Shown here in pieces: positions 16,091 to 18,388 of a stretch of 18,388 bases of DNA. The stretch lies in contig RDOA01000062.1 in the NCBI GenBank assembly GCA_011364925.1, positions 1-18,388 of the forward strand, in the 5' to 3' direction. Every line of letters begins with the position of its first letter. Positions within the stretch are counted from its first letter, which is position 1. The stretch is from Promethearchaeota archaeon. Its GTDB lineage: Archaea > Asgardarchaeota > Lokiarchaeia > Sigyniarchaeales > SOKP01. Under the pieces are notes generated by a model. The model ran no database searches. It saw only the letters and a list, made by a program, of their open reading frames with translations, and was not told where the DNA came from. Both the position numbers and the translations under genes were made by a program.

Positions 16091-16924
16091 ATGACTGAAA
16101 GTTATGCGATTGTGAGTGATCATCTCACCAAGAAGTTTGGAAAAATTCTTGCGGTAAATAAACTTAACTTAAAAATTCCCTATGGTAAAACTTATGGATT
16201 ACTCGGTCCTAATGGAGCGGGTAAAACCACAACTGTTAGGATGCTTAATGCAATCATTTCAAAAACCTCTGGTAACGCTTCTGTTGGTGGTTATGATTTA
16301 CTTTCGCAAAATGAGGATATCCGAAGAATATGTGGATTTTTACCCGAATCTCCTGGTTTGTATTCTAAACTTACCGCAAAGGAATTTTTAGAATTTATTG
16401 GAGAGTTATATTATTTACCTAAGGATGTGATATCCACTCGTGTTGAAGAATTGATTGAGCTTTTTGATTTGGAAGGTAGAGAAAACGATCTTTTAGAAGG
16501 GTATTCCCGAGGTATGAAACAGAAAGTCTGCATATGCGCAGCTTTAATCCAAGATCCTCAAATCATATTTTTGGACGAACCTACATCAAATCTAGATCCT
16601 GCTGCTGCCAGAGTCGTGAAGAATCTTATCTCTGAACTTGCAAGAAAGGCAGATAAAACCATCTTCATTTGCACCCACCTTCTCGATTCAGCTGAGGAGT
16701 TATGCGATATCATCGGTATAATCGTTGATGGTAACCTTGAAATTGAAGGAACTTCAAGAGAAATAATTGAATCTGTAGGTGCAAAAAATTTAGAGGATGC
16801 TTATTTAAAGATTACCGGAGCGTCTCATATTGACGATTTATTAGCATGGAGAGAGGAAATTTCTGTAGAGAACGAAATTCATACTAAAAAACAGAAGAAG
16901 AAATATTCTAAGGTCTCGAGGTAG
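16091..16924 (+). CDS. ABC-2 type exporter ATP-binding protein
   Basis: Walker A GPNGAGKTT, signature YSRGMKQK, Walker B IIFLDEPT, H-loop CTH; AGGAG RBS. Confidence 0.95.
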   Translation: MTESYAIVSDHLTKKFGKILAVNKLNLKIPYGKTYGLLGPNGAGKTTTVRMLNAIISKTSGNASVGGYDLLSQNEDIRRICGFLPESPGLYSKLTAKEFLEFIGELYYLPKDVISTRVEELIELFDLEGRENDLLEGYSRGMKQKVCICAALIQDPQIIFLDEPTSNLDPAAARVVKNLISELARKADKTIFICTHLLDSAEELCDIIGIIVDGNLEIEGTSREIIESVGAKNLEDAYLKITGASHIDDLLAWREEISVENEIHTKKQKKKYSKVSR

Positions 16925-16930
16925 AACAAG

Positions 16931-18388
16931 ATGACTGTACTAACAACTGAAAAAGAGATAGGGACTTTTAATAATAACTTAGATAACAAATCTAAAAGAG
17001 ATATGTTGATAATTAAAAAGAAGAGTATGTGGAAAGTAATTGCGAAGAATGAGATAAGGATCAGGACAAGTAGCTTTCGAAACCATCGAAAACTATTTTT
17101 TTTGATTCTGTATTCGTTACTTTTCATATGGGCGTTTATACTTTCACCTTTTCTATTCGATATGTTTATGCCGACTCTAGCTTCTCAATTCTCTGATATT
17201 TTTAAACCAGTAATAGCAATCCTCATAGAATCTTTACTTATGATACTATTTTTGGTATTGGTAATGTATCCTTTAAATAATGTCTACAGAGAAATGGAAG
17301 TGGGTTTAAAAGAATCGTTATTGGCAACTCCAATTAAACCTAAAGATATTTTCTTGGGGGAATTTTTAGGAAAAGCTCCTATATATTCGACTGCGATCTT
17401 AATTTTAGCCCCAATCATAGTAGGCATGATAAATCCGCTTATAGATCTGAAAGTTATTCAATATATTGTAATTTACAGTTGCATTTTTGGTGTTGTTTAT
17501 TTTGCTAATTTGGTTGGTTCTATAATCGCAAGCTGGTTTGAACTTAAGATTTCTAAAAGCGAAAAAGCAAGGGATTTAGGAAAGGCCTTAATATGGATTT
17601 TCACAATAGTATTGATAATAATAATGTATGCCGTGATCTTCTTTCTTAACGAGTTAATATCAAATCCTGCGTTAAAAAACTGGTTAGCTTTTTATCCATC
17701 TTTATGGTTTTCAAACATAATTTTGTATGCTATTGATCCAATTCTGCTAAGTAATTTTATTTTAAACATTTGGATAAATTTGCTTTTAGCGATTAGCGTA
17801 CCTTTAGCGATTTTATACATATCGTACAAAAAGGCTGAATCTTTCTATACATTGGATGGTGGTATCGAAAAAAGTAATGGAACAATCATAGAGCAAGAAA
17901 ATCTGTTCTTTCGAATTATAAGAAAATCGGTTGGTCGAAAATGGGCAGGTTTACTTGTAATGCAACTAAAAAGATTCTTAAGGAAGAAAGCTAATTATGC
18001 AAGAATCATTTACGTTGTAGGCCTTCTCGGATTTATGACATGGTTTATTTCTAATATGGCTGGAGATTTTTCTGGAAAACTATTTGTAACAATAATATTA
18101 GTAGCTATAGGTGGAGGGATAGGAAGTATAATGCTTGGTCACCTTGGTTTTGTAGATTCTAAAGATTTAATATGGGTTTATAAGAGATCTCCCCGAGGTA
18201 TAAAGGGTTTAGTGTATTCGTACTTGTATGCAATGTTAGTATTAAACATATTGATTGCTACCGTGATCACGATCATTTTCTCCATTTTTGCTTCGCTTGA
18301 TCTACTAACTACGGTGATCTTCTTCCTTGAATTTTTAATATTTTCGCAAATCTCGATGTGTCAAGCTATGGGGCTTGAATGCCTCTCC
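16931..18388 (+). CDS. ABC-2 type exporter permease, multi-pass (3'-truncated; not in ORF track)
   Basis: ATG at 16931, open to the window end (486 codons): ...MWKVIAKNEIR...ESLLATPIKPKDIFLGEFLGK..., many TM helices, and a second half starting ...LLVMQLKRFLR...IWVYKRSP. Confidence 0.9.
   Translation, partial: MTVLTTEKEIGTFNNNLDNKSKRDMLIIKKKSMWKVIAKNEIRIRTSSFRNHRKLFFLILYSLLFIWAFILSPFLFDMFMPTLASQFSDIFKPVIAILIESLLMILFLVLVMYPLNNVYREMEVGLKESLLATPIKPKDIFLGEFLGKAPIYSTAILILAPIIVGMINPLIDLKVIQYIVIYSCIFGVVYFANLVGSIIASWFELKISKSEKARDLGKALIWIFTIVLIIIMYAVIFFLNELISNPALKNWLAFYPSLWFSNIILYAIDPILLSNFILNIWINLLLAISVPLAILYISYKKAESFYTLDGGIEKSNGTIIEQENLFFRIIRKSVGRKWAGLLVMQLKRFLRKKANYARIIYVVGLLGFMTWFISNMAGDFSGKLFVTIILVAIGGGIGSIMLGHLGFVDSKDLIWVYKRSPRGIKGLVYSYLYAMLVLNILIATVITIIFSIFASLDLLTTVIFFLEFLIFSQISMCQAMGLECLS

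Noticed and set aside
15794-17127. ORFs 15794-16123(-), 16182-16391(+) and 16879-17127(-)
   Set aside because: Shadows of the ABC operon genes.

Overview
AT-rich chromosomal segment whose gene content and protein style suggest an Asgard archaeon (Lokiarchaeia-like); this is an inference from a stand-alone longin-like protein, a 7-TM protein ending in 'MPKWL', and several TM/zinc-ribbon proteins. The left end holds a two-gene minus-strand unit. The first gene encodes a 1027-aa receptor-like surface protein: a caspase-family C14 protease with a CUB-like domain inserted between its catalytic His and Cys, 13 DxDxDG Ca-binding repeats, a TM helix, and a cytoplasmic PSY-rich tail, TPR-like hairpin and Zn ribbon. 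It abuts a gene missed by the ORF track (Zn finger, 2 TM, 8-aa E/R/K/Q tandem-repeat rod). The middle is mostly metabolic: HD hydrolase, GGR/FixC-like flavoprotein plus ferredoxin, LeuC/LeuD-type dehydratase, membrane M28 peptidase with an apparent non-canonical start, tmk, a LITAF-like Zn protein, tyrA, aroE, flavin reductase and bacterial-type aroK. The right end has a divergent 7-TM/longin-like pair, three palindromic operator-like boxes spaced exactly 50 bp apart, and an ABC-2 exporter operon truncated by the window edge. No rRNA, tRNA, CRISPR or mobile element was recognised.
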